Below are positions 50,037-62,400 of a DNA stretch of 64,000 bases, piece by piece; position 1 is the stretch's first letter; every line of letters begins with the position of its first letter. Location: positions 14,136,001-14,200,000 of the forward strand of contig NC_087436.1 of the NCBI RefSeq assembly GCF_036321535.1, in the 5' to 3' direction. A program made the translations under genes and the position numbers. The DNA comes from Camelus dromedarius (Eukaryota). The notes under the pieces are model-generated. The model was not told the DNA's origin. It saw nothing but the letters and a program-made list of their open reading frames with translations, and ran no database searches.

Positions 50037-50222
50037 GGGGGGGTAGGGTAAGGTGGAGGGGGTGGGTAGAGCTCAGTGGTAGCGTGTGTGCTTAGCATGC
50101 ATGACGTCAGTTCCTAGTACCTCCTAGCACCCTAGGTTCAATTCCGAGGACCTCCACTAAAAAAAAATAATATAAAAAAAAGAAGTCTAACTTACCTTAA
50201 AAAATTGTATCTTCCCTATTTA
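50037..50222 (+). mobile_element. tRNA-derived SINE (Vic-1-like), rearranged copy
   Basis: GGGTAGAGCTCAGTGGTAGCG...CTTAGCATGCATGA...CTAGGTTCAATTCC...ACCTCCACTAAAAAAAAA. Confidence 0.8.
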
Positions 50223-51607
50223 AAAAGAAAGCGAATTCCAAAGAGAAAACTAAATAGCTGTGTGGAGCATTTTACTTTCATGACAAAAATGACTACCAGC
50301 AAGACGAGCTGAGAGTGAAAACAAGATTGTCTGTGAAGAGCGGTCTAGGGGTGTGGCTAAGACAGAGCTGCTTTGCATCATGAGCCTTTCTGTACGACTG
50401 TTGAGCGTAAGGTACTAACATTTCATATAAGAACTGGAAAATGAGACACTCAGAATCCGCCTCTTGCCGTAGGATGAGCCTTCCTGATTTTCTGGATTTG
50501 CTCCATTTGTCTCAAGGTGCTTACTTACTGCTGAGTGTTTTCCTAGATCCTGTTAGGTGTTTCTGTAATGGCATTTGATTTGTGTCCCTTTGAGGAAAAA
50601 AAAAGAAAAATCTGTGCACTTTTAAGGGAAAGTGAGAGGCTGGCAATATTTGAAAGAAAATACAGAACTCGTGTTTAACAAGAAAAATAAACTCCCAGCA
50701 GAGCCAAACAAAATCAAAGTTCGCTGAAGGGACCTGAAGCTCACGGTATTTGATGAGGCTTCATTACAAGGCAGCGAGGACAGGCTTAGGTTTTGGACCG
50801 GCCTTCTGAGCACCGTCCCTTCCTGCCACCGAGGGCGCCTGGCCTCATGAGTTCCAGCTCACCAGTCTCAAAGCACTGGCAGGTAACGGCACACCATTTC
50901 ACTGAAGACTGGAAGCACGAAAAGGTGCCACTTTTTTTTTTTTAAACAAGGAAGATAAAAGATATATGTCAGGCTCTGTGACTAGTGAGTCATAATGAGC
51001 TGTCACAAACACGTCCACGCTGCTGGGTTTGTTGATGTTATTGGGAATAGCTCCTGACACGCCCTGCGGGGCTGATGCACTTTGGGTGGTGACAGGCCCC
51101 AGCTCTCGCGTGTCCTCCTGCTCTCGCTCTAAAACATGCCACAACGTAGCTTGTGTCTTCAGCAAAACGGGGGAAGGAACAACCACCCAAGTACTCAGGT
51201 GTCTTTCAGGATTTCGATGGAACTTCGTTCTGGTGTCCAAAAGTTTGACTGGGAGCCAGGAACTCCTAAACTGGGCTTGAGAACCAAAACCCGAGTGGCC
51301 AGGAGTAAGCTGCCAAGTGTATGCACCATCCGTGATACCAGTTCGCTACCAGCGCCATCAGGCAGACAGAGCAGTGATAAAGAGAGACCCAGGTCCTAAC
51401 CAAAGCCTCGGGGATAGACCATATTCAACATCCTGCCAAAAACTGATCCAGCAAAGAATGGGCACTGAAATATCAAGCTCCTTTTACTGACCGAGGGGGA
51501 AACTACGCCTGGGAGCTTGCTGCTCCCACGAACACACCCCTGCGAGCAGAACCAGCCTCGGCCAGGCTGCTGGAGATCACAGGGATGGCCCTGACACACA
51601 CACACAC

Positions 51608-51725
51608 CTGGAGGAATTCTTCCATCTGCTGACAAAGCTCCCCGTCTGGCTGGATGTTGTCCTTGAGAGATCGCGTCCTGACAAAGAGCGAGTGCAGCTC
51701 CGCCTCGGTGTTATCCAGAGATAAT
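51608..51725 (-). CDS. FHDC1: FHDC1 coding exon (118 nt) (R)LSLDNTEAELHSLFVRTRSLKDNIQPDGELCQQMEEFLQ
   Basis: cttcttgcag|A TTA TCT ... CAG|gtgtgt; phase 2/0, compatible with neighbours. Confidence 0.93.
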
Positions 51726-52919
51726 CTGCAAGAAGAAAGGGGAGAGTGCGCAGCTGGCACAGGGTGGCCATGTGTCCTGCAAGTACATCAAAGGAGACCC
51801 GAAAAACAGGAGAGAGCTCCTGCAGTGACGTTTACCCACTTCTGTGTTTAGAGCCTCTTCCTATGTTTTTTCAAGAGGCGATTCCTTCCTTAAGACCCAC
51901 GCTGGTCCATAGAAGGCAGGCTGTAATTTTGGTCTTGCTGGTGAGATAACTAAAAGCAGGGGACCTGTAAAGCTTGTCATAAACTAGGTCTGAACACCTG
52001 TGTGCCATCAGCACTGAAGTCCGGCAGCACTCGGACGCTGATGCTTTCCTCGGGCCACTAAACGCAAACGCAAAAGCTCTAACTCACGAAAGCAAGGCAG
52101 CGCGTGCTGATAACCGTGACATCAACACGGAGACATGGCTCAGACAACCAGAGTCAGTGCGCTGTGTCTTAGAGAGAACTGACACACAGCTCCCAATTCT
52201 TCTGAGAAACGGTAGGACTGACGGCCAGGCTTTTGTTACATACGTCAAGCCAAGATTAATAGGGCATGAATGATTTTCTGTCGCCTGGTAAAGCGAAGAG
52301 GTGAAACCTAAGTCCAGGTGGCATTCAATTAGCAAATTCATAAGTCAAGATGCTTTCACGCTTCCATTGTTGATTCTAACTTTTCTTTATGCAGTAAAGT
52401 CTTCCACCTTCACTGGTCACTGGCATCCATCTATGATCTCTTTATACCTCTTTTCCTTTCAAACAAATAAACTTCACTAAAGAAGTTTTTTGCTAAGACA
52501 AAATCTAGCTAAAGTGACCTGTCTAACTCTGATCAGAAATGGAAAGTGTTATTTCTGTGTCCATAGCTTAGAAACATTTCCATCCTACAAAGAGGAAAAT
52601 ATATTCCCACACGTTTCTTCTAGTAATGCAAAACCAACACGGTTTACATCTTATAAGAGGCTCATTCTTTCGGGGGCGAACGGGTAATCTGTAAATATGA
52701 ACTATGAACTGTTCATACCTTTGCACTGATAACCTCACTTTGGGAAAGACATGTTTTCTGTGGTTAGATGTTTACAGTCAGTAACACTGAGACACTGGCT
52801 GATGACGGGGCTTGGCTCGAAAAGCTACAGTCCATGTGTTTATGCATATGGTTCACAGCTGGCCCTACTGGATAGAGTCCCTCAGATAACGAGTGGATGA
52901 CATGAGCTGGGCTGATACG

Positions 52920-53117
52920 TGACGTGGGCGCTGGAGCCAGCTCACGGGAGGTGGCTGTGGGTGTGGGTATCTCTCCCCAGCTCCTCATCAGTAATGCCAC
53001 GTCACGTGGGAGCTTGAGATCAGCCATGGCAACGGTATTTACGCCACGGAAATCAACAGCTGCTGTGAATCAGGACTTTTTGCTTTGAAAAGCTAGTTAC
53101 TGAACATTTACCACTGA
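52920..53117. mobile_element. hAT DNA transposon relic (MER63A-like)
   Basis: gctggagccagctc...tctctccccagctcc...gcttgagatcagccatgg...tatttacgccacggaaatc...aatcagg...aacatttaccactg. Confidence 0.6.
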
Positions 53118-53753
53118 TGCCTGGATATTAAGAACACAGAACTCAAAACAGCACATATACACAGATTATAGCTACATCAAAATACACATTTATATTAGGA
53201 TAAGCAAATTAAAGTGATGTAAATAGAGCTTTATGTTTGGGAGATGCTTTCTCTGCAAAGTTGAGTGACTAACTTAAACCAAAATCCTCCCACAGCCCTT
53301 GGTATGGTTCCAACTTCTTTTAATGCTATAGAAAATAAACGAACCATGTTCTCTTTGAAAGGCATCAGTGATGTATGGCCCTGAAGTCTGACTGATAGAC
53401 ACCAACTCCCAAGGTAACAGGCTGTGTTCTTTGAGCTCTATCTTTGGGTGTGGCAGTATTTGAAGTTCTTAATCCATATATATATTTTTTTCAGGGATGA
53501 TATTTATTAGAATAGACTACAATAGGGTTTTTTAGATTAAAAATAAAGATTAATTTTTCAAAACTCCCAAACTCCAAAGGTGCATACACACCTCTGTAAG
53601 CAACTGAAAGGAAGGTCTGAGAGTTCAACAAGACAACACTTTTTAAAGTTCAAACTTGAGTCCAGAAGTTGTAAAATATTCATCAGTTTTCAGAAGAAGG
53701 CAGTTTAAAAAACAAACAAACAAAACCCTTGATTTCACAATTCTCTTGCTTAC

Positions 53754-53824
53754 CTAGCAGCCTCCTGAACGTGATACAATTTTTTAGAAAAGTTTAGAAG
53801 AACAGCATCTTTCTTTTGGGCTTC
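53754..53824 (-). CDS. FHDC1: FHDC1 coding exon (71 nt) EAQKKDAVLLNFSKKLYHVQEAA(R)
   Basis: tttttgttccag|GAA ... GCT AG|gtaagc; phase 0/2. Confidence 0.93.
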
Positions 53825-54529
53825 CTGGAACAAAAACAGAATTTTCTCTCACTATGTGGGGATAGAACTGGAATTTCATCCACTATTACAGATAATAAAA
53901 TTTCCTCAGGGCTTAAAGGAACCATGAAATCACTGTTCCCATGCTTACGCTTGATACATTCAAAGCAATTCCTGGAGGCATGGACTCTTATTCTCATATT
54001 CTTAGTAAGATTTACCAGATTTACCTGAACTCTTCTACTCTGAAGAAACACTGAGCAACTGATCCTGACATGAAATACTATTCATGTGCAAGAAAACTCA
54101 GTGGAAGGAGGTGGGGCTCAGCAGGGCCCTGGGTTCCTAAGAGAAACCAATATATCCTGCTTAGACACCACCCATACCTACGAGTACGCTCTCCTGTGAC
54201 CAAGATCCCTTCAGCTGTTAAACCAGTTTGCAAAGTGAGTTTAATCAGAAGGTACACAGGCCACAGAGGTGCTGGAATTCTTCGCTGGTTCAGAGGGTGC
54301 AAGGAAGGCAGGTATGAAGGGAGCAATTACGAACTTGGGAAACCTCCCCACACAGGCAGAGACCAAGTTACACAGAGCACTGTGATGCAGGGACCTAAAG
54401 GGGCAGCTGGGAGGTGGTGCAGGCCATGCGCAGTGAGCAACACATTTTCTGGTTTTAACATCCTGAAAACTAACTCTTAAACTTGCACTGAGTTCAATGT
54501 GCCCTCTGTTTTCTGAAGAATCCAGTGAT

Positions 54530-54770
54530 AACAGTGTGGATTATTTATGGAGTGCTTACTAGATTCTGAACACTGAGCTAATGAGCACTTTATGGATTTA
54601 TCTCCCTCCGCCCTCTTAATTACCTAGTTTTGAGGTCTCACTAGCCCTCATCATTAGATGGAGAAATTGAGGATCTTAAGGATTAAGTAACGTGTCTGAG
54701 GAAGTACAGCCTGTAAAGGACAAGTCAAAATCTCCCTGTTCTGATCCATTCTGAAGCTCACACCTGAAAC
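54530..54770. mobile_element. MIR SINE
   Basis: atttatggagtgcttacta...gcactttatggatt...agatggagaaattgagg...ggattaagtaac. Confidence 0.65.
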
Positions 54771-55616
54771 ACGCAGGCAACACGACTTTCTTCCCAGGTT
54801 AAGTTCTGGCTACGTGATCGCTGTCAAAACAGCCAGGAGATTCAGGGAAGGGAAAAACAAATCAGCACGACTCTCTATGTGAGACAATTTAACAAGAGAG
54901 AGAGAACTGTCCTCGGCTGATCTTTCACTTTGTCACTAGTTATTTTGGTGTCACGCAGACCCAGTCAAAGGTGGAAGTGATGAACCCAAACCCATGTGAA
55001 CAGCAGGGCACCCTAACCCACAGTTCACAGAGGCAAGAGTGGAAGTGAGCCTCTCCTGGCCCTGACTCCGTCACCCTTTACATATAACTGGTCAGAAATC
55101 TACCCAGTTCAACACCAGGGATGTGTCAACCTTTGGGCTCTATGCTCCATCCCGGTGGCCATTACTCTGAAAAAAATACTTAATCTCACCCAGCAATTTG
55201 CACCAACTTCCACCAGGAGGTAGCCCTGTTGTTCTCTCCCCACTCTTAGCCGTCCTCCACGTTGCCTCATTTTCCTAGAAGCAAAAACCCACCTGGTCCT
55301 GCCACGATGCTATATACAAACTTCTGTTGGCTCCCCACTGCTAAAGCATGAAATCCAAATTCCCCAGCTTTAGGATTTGAATCCTTCATAACCTGGCTTC
55401 ACCAACCACTCTGCCTCCCTTCCCTGAGCCCCCGCTCCATGCCCCTCCAGGCCTGTAACGCCAGGGGCAGCTCAGCTCAGGAATCTGCGAATAGAAACCT
55501 TCCTACTGATGCCCTTCCCTGACTCTGTCTGATGCCGCCTTCCCCCTGCGAAAGCCCTCACTGCCTCCAGGGGATCTCACATCTGTTCTCTCTCTGTACG
55601 ACTCCCTTCCACATAC

Positions 55617-55724
55617 CTGCGCGACAAAGTGCAGGAGATTCATCCCGGGTTTGTTTGCTTTTGTGTCTGCCAATTTGAGCAAAGAAGACAGTTTAAATCC
55701 TACCGCATTGCCAGCGTACCCTCC
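55617..55724 (-). CDS. FHDC1: FHDC1 coding exon (108 nt) [36 protein letters not shown]
   Basis: tcttcttcag|GGA ... CAG|gtatgt; classic FH2 motif GFKLxxLxKLxDTK...LLHF. Confidence 0.97.
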
Positions 55725-55825
55725 CTGAAGAAGACAAATCGGAAGAAAAAAAATAGGCATATACCTTTAGACAGACAAATAGAGTTGGAAATTCAACATT
55801 TTTCAACGCTTTGAACTTTACTTAC

Positions 55826-55896
55826 TGCATTCATGATGTTTCCTGCCTGCAGCACCAAGTGTAAGATCGAATGTAGCTCTTCACATGACAGCAGCT
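55826..55896 (-). CDS. FHDC1: FHDC1 coding exon (71 nt) (E)LLSCEELHSILHLVLQAGNIMNA
   Basis: ttctttctgacag|AG ... GCA|gtaagt; FH2 GNxMN motif; 101-nt intron to the next exon. Confidence 0.96.
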
Positions 55897-56342
55897 CTGT
55901 CAGAAAGAACACACCACCTCAGAGAAGCCTTCAGCTTAAACACACAAAAGACAGTGACCACACCCAAATTCTAGTGTGTCTGACACTAGCTCTGACCCTA
56001 AACTGTGTAAGAGATTGACACAAAGTAGCATATTCTATAGTATACCTAGCGTACCCCTGGCTACTGGCTGAGGCATGCCCTAGCGTTTAATGGGGAATCA
56101 AATACGTGTGACACTTAAGAATCACAAAGTACTCTGATAACGAAAATTTTCAAGTAGTGGCAACTACAAAAGCCTTATGAAAAGCAGCACACTGTGTTAA
56201 CAGGAATAATTTCTCAGCAGTTATTTTTTAATTTTTTCCTTTATATCCTTTGAGGCTTTATTTATGAACTATGAAAATGAATAGTGAGAGACATTTTGCT
56301 TAGCCAATGAGCTATGAGGAGATAAAAAATTAACAGGCTGGG

Positions 56343-56462
56343 GGTGGGGGGAGGGTATAGTTCAAGTTGTAGAGCGCATTCTTAGCAGGCATGAGGTCCT
56401 GGGTTCAATCCCCAGTACTTCCTCTAATAAATAAGTAAGTAAGCCTAATTACCTCCCCCACC

Positions 56463-56494
<32 letters not shown>

Positions 56495-56529
56495 CAAAAA
56501 AAAACCAAACACAAAAACAAAAAACAAAA
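56343..56529 (+). mobile_element. tRNA-derived SINE (Vic-1-like) with TSD and (AAAAC)-type tail
   Basis: GGGGAGGGTATAGTTCAAGTTGTAGAGCG...GGTCCTGGGTTCAATCCCCAGTAC; TSD AACAGGCTGGG at 56332-56342 and 56530-56540. Confidence 0.9.
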
Positions 56530-58057
56530 AACAGGCTGGGATGACATGTAAATAACTTGCAAAACCCCAACCCTTAGAGGCAGGTACCCAGAGACTCTTT
56601 CCATTTTATTCAAAACTGCATTTCATTTGGATTGACCTAAAGGTTTAAAAAGGAACTTATTATTGTCATATATTGGTAAACTAGTTCTTTAAACAAAAAA
56701 TCTTTTGTACATACTCCTATGCAAATAAACAATACTGAAAATTGTTAATATATTTGAAAAGCTAAAAAAATTTTTTTAATTATTAAAATTACAGTATATA
56801 CAGATAATAAAATGTCCCCTATGGTATTTTTAAGTTAATATTCTCCATTAAGTCTGGTATTACTTTAAAAAAATTATACTTGGATCACTGCTGATAGGTG
56901 CTATCTAAGAAGGCCAGGTTTTGAAGGGTAACCAGATAAGAAATGTTTCCACCATGCCCACAAATTTGTATTGCTCAGTATGAAAACATATTCTTCCACC
57001 TTTATTTGAACAGGAGAAACAGTCCTTTCAAAGCTGTTGCTTCAGGCTTGGTATAGGAAGAAATTTATAAAGGCCTCTACACTGAAAGAAGAAAATGTTT
57101 CTTAATTCTTGGTCTCTTAAAGAAAATATGATGAGCTGAAGAAAAAAATACTTAATTTCAACACAGGTCAGAGCAACTCAACAGGAAAACCAAATAGGAA
57201 TAAACATTCTACCACAATGACAGAAAATGACAAAGAAGAAATCAGGCCGGTGATTCCAACTGATGAATGCTAAAAATCTGAGGGTCAGGGAGTGCCAGAG
57301 ACTCTGCCTCGGAGACAGAAGGAGGTGAAGGCACTGGGCGGGCATTCTCAGTGCCACGGACGCCAGAACGCAAGGTCCCAGCGCACACCATGAGACACTG
57401 GGCAGGCTGAGCAGTCCACCCAAGGGGGCAAGCAGAAATTTGGCCAGTTGTTCAAAGAACCGGAAATGGCGGACTCGCCCCTCTCAAATGTTAACTAGTC
57501 CACCAGATATTAGAGTCTGGAGGGGCAGCGGTGGGAGAAGACACCACTGGACAGAAACATCAGGAACCCCGCGCAGAAGAGTCACTGAGGTGCCCGGGGA
57601 GAAGTCAAGGGGGAATGAGATCGGCTTTCCCTAAAGCAGGGTCCCAGCCACCAACAGAGGCCAGAGCAGGGGCAGAGACATGCAGCTGGCCCAGGGGCCC
57701 TGTCTGGAGCATGCACCTCCATGCACACACACCACACACACAACTACAGACACATCACACACCAGACACACACCAGACACACACACAGAAAGCTAATCCA
57801 GGAGAGGAACAAGAGCGAGCTCCAGCAAGGTTTACTCCTAAGCTTCAGTTGAAAGAAACCTTTTATGGGAAGATAATATGCTAATTAATTGATTGATTGG
57901 TCAATTAATTAAACTAATTAATCAGGGGAGGAGGAAGCAAACGGATATAAACCTTAAATGCTATCCCTGGTAATATCTCATTTCCCTTTATATCAGAAAC
58001 AGAACTTTCCATATCTAATTTTTCAACTGAATAATTTTTTAAAAAATAAATTGCTTG

Positions 58058-58218
58058 CGGGAAGGGTCTAGCTCAGTGGTAGAGCATGTGCTTAGCATAC
58101 ATGAGGTCCTGGGTTCAATCCCCAGTACCTCCGTTGAAAAACAAACAAATAAATAAACCTAACTACTTCCCCCAAAAATAAAAAAATAAAAATTAATTTT
58201 AAAAAAGAAAAAAATAAA
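58058..58218 (+). mobile_element. tRNA-derived SINE (Vic-1-like)
   Basis: GGGTCTAGCTCAGTGGTAGAGCATGTGCTTAGCATACATGAGGTCCTGGGTTCAATCCCCAGTACCTCC plus A tail; flanks aaaaaataaa(t/c)tgc resemble a TSD. Confidence 0.9.
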
Positions 58219-58268
58219 CTGCCCCTAAAATAAAAACAAATCACATGACGCATCATATATTTACTGAC

Positions 58269-58369
58269 CTTGTATAGCAGTTCTAAGAATAGTTATATCT
58301 GTGTATAGAGTGGAACAGGAAGGTAAAAATTCTTTCTTTAGCACCATGGCTTCAATTCGAAGTGAATAG
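58269..58369 (-). CDS. FHDC1: FHDC1 coding exon (101 nt) (N)YSLRIEAMVLKKEFLPSCSTLYTDITILRTAIQ
   Basis: tttttatttttcag|C TAT ... CAA G|gtcagt; phase 2/1. Confidence 0.95.
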
Positions 58370-58456
58370 CTGAAAAATAAAAAGTAAAATTGTCGAATTT
58401 GATGTCACCAATTTAAAAACCTTATTCTGCAAAGAACAGTAATCAATGATCCTTAC

Positions 58457-58542
58457 TTTGGCACCTGAATTAAGCAGTGCAGAAAGGAGTCTGCCAGGGA
58501 CAGCTTGGCGACGTCGCCACTAAATGCTTTTAGTTTCTTGAT
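58457..58542 (-). CDS. FHDC1: FHDC1 coding exon (86 nt) IKKLKAFSGDVAKLSLADSFLHCLIQVP(N); most 5' exon found in the window
   Basis: ctctgtcttttag|ATC ... CCA AA|gtaagg; FH2 'LsxADxF' pattern; 87-nt intron to the next exon. Confidence 0.95.
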
Positions 58543-59328
58543 CTAAAAGACAGAGGGAAAGAGGGTCAAGTGAAAAAGGACAAATAATTAAAATGTAACA
58601 GAACTCTAAACTTCATCTTCGAATTCCTTTAAGAAAATAAGGATTTCAGTGCTAAGTTCAAGTTGATATGAGAGTGGACCTAAGAAAAGACGGAAAAGGG
58701 AATCATTACATCCACTACTTTGTTTTTTAAAAGAAAAAAAAAAAAACTAAACAAGCAAGTTAGGGAGAGGAGAGCTGTGTCACTTATGTGGGGATAAAAC
58801 AATCGCAAACAAGCCAGAGAGCTGGAGCCACTGGACTCCTCGGGGCAGGCACTAACGGCAGGCTGAAAAAGGGTCGGTTCTAAGGATGGAAATTTTTTCT
58901 GAGTTACAATCTGGAAGGGAGATTCCTGTTTGGAAAAAGAAGCAACTGGACAGTCACTACAGCAAAGTCTGAGTCATAAATGAACAATCTTATTATTTGG
59001 AGTATTTTGGATACGAGACTTAGACAGGGGTGGATGCTGGGCTGTCTAACAGAGACCTTAATTCTCTGAGGTCAAGTCCCGCTTCCCATGCAGCAGCTTT
59101 ACAGGAAGGGGCCACTTGTGCTGAGGTGAGGACACAGCGGCTCTCCAGCAGGAAGATAAAAAGGAAAACCGCTTAAATAATTCAAAGATCAATGTCAAGA
59201 TTTTCCCCTAAGAAAAAAATCAGGGAATAAAACACCGTGTACAATAGGCTCCCACACCTACAAATTCAGAAAAGAGGTGTCTGCTATGCCCCGACCCTCC
59301 ACGTACCCTCTGCAAACCCAGGAACAAG

Positions 59329-59484
59329 GGGGGAGGGTATAGCTCAAGTGGGAGAGCGCATACTTAGCATGCATGAGGTCCTGGATTCAATCCCCAGTGC
59401 CTCTTCTAAAAATAAAGAAGTAAATAAACCCAATTACCTCCCTCCCCCACCAAAAAAAAAAGCCTAAATAAATAAATCACTCTT
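59329..59484 (+). mobile_element. tRNA-derived SINE (Vic-1-like) with 16-bp TSD (1 mismatch)
   Basis: GGGGAGGGTATAGCTCAAGTGGGAGAGCG...GGTCCTGGATTCAATCCCCAG; TSD CAAAC(C/A)CAGGAACAAG at 59313-59328 and 59485-59500. Confidence 0.9.
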
Positions 59485-62400
59485 CAAACACAGGAACAAG
59501 ACGAGCCAGGTGTCTACACAAGCTGTTGGAGCACAGTTATGATCATTTGCTTCTGCAGCTCCTTTTTATTTCCCAAATTTTCCCCAGTGAATAGGTACTA
59601 CTATTGTAAAAAAATGACACTAAAGTTCTTAAACTCACAAATATTCTTTCAGCTGTAGTAAAGGGAAAGAAAAGAGTTCTGACATAGGAATCTAGCCAAA
59701 CAGCCAGCAGGTAGGGATGGAGGCAAAGAGAAAGTTCTCAAACTGCATCAGAGAGCAAGATGTGACTTCCCCACACAGAAGCTGGGACCAACCTGATGGC
59801 AAAAACACATCTCCTGTTCACTGTAGTACAGTCTTCCAACAAAAACCCTGTATGGTAAGCAGCATCTTCAGACTACCCGCGTAAAGCTGACAGCCTACCC
59901 TCACACTTACATTTTCTGTTATTTTTAATAAAGCTTTCTCTCTCCCATGCCCTGGATTATGTTAGGTGCCCTTACAAATAACATGATTTTTAAACCTCTT
60001 GAAAAATAGGAGATAACAGTGCAAAAACAAGGAGGACGGGGTATTTGCAAAGATCCACAAACTGACATATCTGCATCGGTTATCTGAAAATACCGCCATG
60101 TGAGCGTGCAGACGCACAGCCTGGTAGTAAGTCTGGGCCTTACGATGACATTTCCCCCCACGTCAGCAGAAAACAGCCATTTATAGAAATGCACTATTTC
60201 CTCTCCCTGTAGGGCCCCGAAGTGAATTTTCTGGTTTCAGCCTTACTACATTTAAGGGCAGATGGAACTTCTGGATTAGCTAAACCCAAATCAGTGCCTA
60301 GTTGCTGGACTGAGAAAGCCACAGAATGAAGTCTGATCCTTTCTGAACCAGAGTTGAACGATTCACCATATATGGGCAGGGGGAGAGAAGGGCTGTGCCT
60401 TGCAGAAGACCACATATGTAGCACGGGCAGGACTTCTGAGAACCGCGGCACGGTTTCCTGTCTGAAGCGTAACAACAGGTCATGTTAAGTACACTTGGTA
60501 GATATTTCTATTAAACATGTGCTGAACTGTAAATGAACAATGATTAATCGCCTTCACTTATATAAAGAGTGAAAAATGTTTATGGAGTTCAAGAGGACGG
60601 TGATACTAAAGATAGTCTGTGACTTCAATGCCGTGTATACGGTTCTTAATTCCATTTCAAAATGAGATTTATGTTCATTAAGAGGGATTACTGTGCCTTC
60701 ACAGTGAGGGAGGTAAAAAAGAGAGGTGGACAAACCCTGTAATTATTATGCATTCTCATCATCATCAAAAAGCATTTATCAAACGATGTCAGGCATCATT
60801 TTCTTGGCTGGGCCAGCCGACTCTCATTACAACCTGGCTGTGCCCGGTTTCTGTCCTAACAGCAAATGGCACGCTTCTTAAGACTCACACATTCCAAAGG
60901 GCAGGCCTCCGTCATGCAGTCTAATTCCACTCACATGGCCTTGAAACAGCAGGCATTCCCGCCGACAGACCCAGCCAAGAGGAGACTCTGGGGCTTCCTC
61001 CTCTCCCAGGAACAGGGCAGACAAGGAAGGGAAGAGTGAGGTGAGAGACATGCCAGAGGAGGCAACGCAACCTGCTTCCAGAGAACAGAAGTTCCACCTT
61101 CCAGCCCTGTGTCCCCAACAGACACTGAGCCTGCGACAGTGGACCAGCGCCAATGGAGGGAAGGGCTCCTTCCCACGACCGCCTGCTCCCTGTCAAGCCC
61201 CCTCTCCGGCCCTGGTGCTTTGATTTCTGGGTTCACCTTCTCCCTCTGCGAGTTTGAAGCAAGATGAACAAAGACACCACATAAAAGCTTTGTGGTGAAG
61301 GGCAGAGAAATCCTGAAAACAATTTCCCATGGGGTGAGCCTGCCAGCTGAGCCAGCAGGAGAGAAAGGACCATTTCCAATCGTAATTCCAGCGTGCTGAT
61401 GAGATGACGCTGCAATCCTGAGTGACACTCTCCTCGCCAGTGCGCTGTGCACGTGGGAGGGGATGCGGGGCGGGGAGGCCACGGGGGCGGGGCTCTGAGA
61501 ACCCTTGGCCTTCCTTCCTTGAAGGGAGCAGTGGACTGCAGCCCAAGGAACAGCTCTGGAGTCGGACAGCCCAGGGTTCAAAACCACCGTCCTCCAGGCC
61601 TCTCGAATCACATGACACTAGACAAGCGTTGGCTAACCTGGATGAGCCTCTGTTTCTTATTTATTGACTTTGTGTGGGCCAGGCACTGGGCCAAGCACTT
61701 GCTGGCCTCCAGCTCAGTCCAGAGTCTGGAACACGGGGCACTCAAGCAATGTTCAGTCCCTCCGTGTGCTAAAAATGAGCGCAGAACGTTACCCTACAGG
61801 TGTAGCAACGTGCAGTTACACGGACATTGCTGCATTTAGCAGCGTATTTCTGCCACATTCCTAAAACTCTCTCACTTGGCCCTACCTCCTCCTTGGCCTC
61901 ATCTCCAGCCTCTACTCTCCACCCAGGACTGCAGGGTCAGCCTTGGTTCCGGGTGGGGCCAGTGGGCGCCCTGCACTCGCAGCAAAGCCAGTCCGTGCCG
62001 GCAGTGGCTGTGGTCATGAGGTGGCTCCCTCTGCCAGCACACACACCCCAGGGTGGTGTAGGGAGGGGCGCCAAGCGGCCCTGGGGACTGTCAGGGTGTT
62101 TCTGCCGAGGGAAGCTCCCAGTGGAGTTTGGAGGGTGTGGTGAGCCAGAGCCAGGCGTCAGTGATGTAAACCAGCAGGAGTGTGACCCAGCTGGTTAGAC
62201 AGTCAGACGAGGATGGCCCTGCAGCAGGAGGCTGATGGACTGCTCCAGGGGCCAGGAAAGCAGTGCAGGGTCCCAGGGCAGGGTTCCATCTCTGTAGGAC
62301 ACCGTGTCCGGGCTCAGCTAACTGTCTGGGGCAGAAAGAGCCCCAGGGTCCTGGGCAGTGCTGGGGTGGGTTATAGTCATCATTCCCTTAACCGTGTCTT

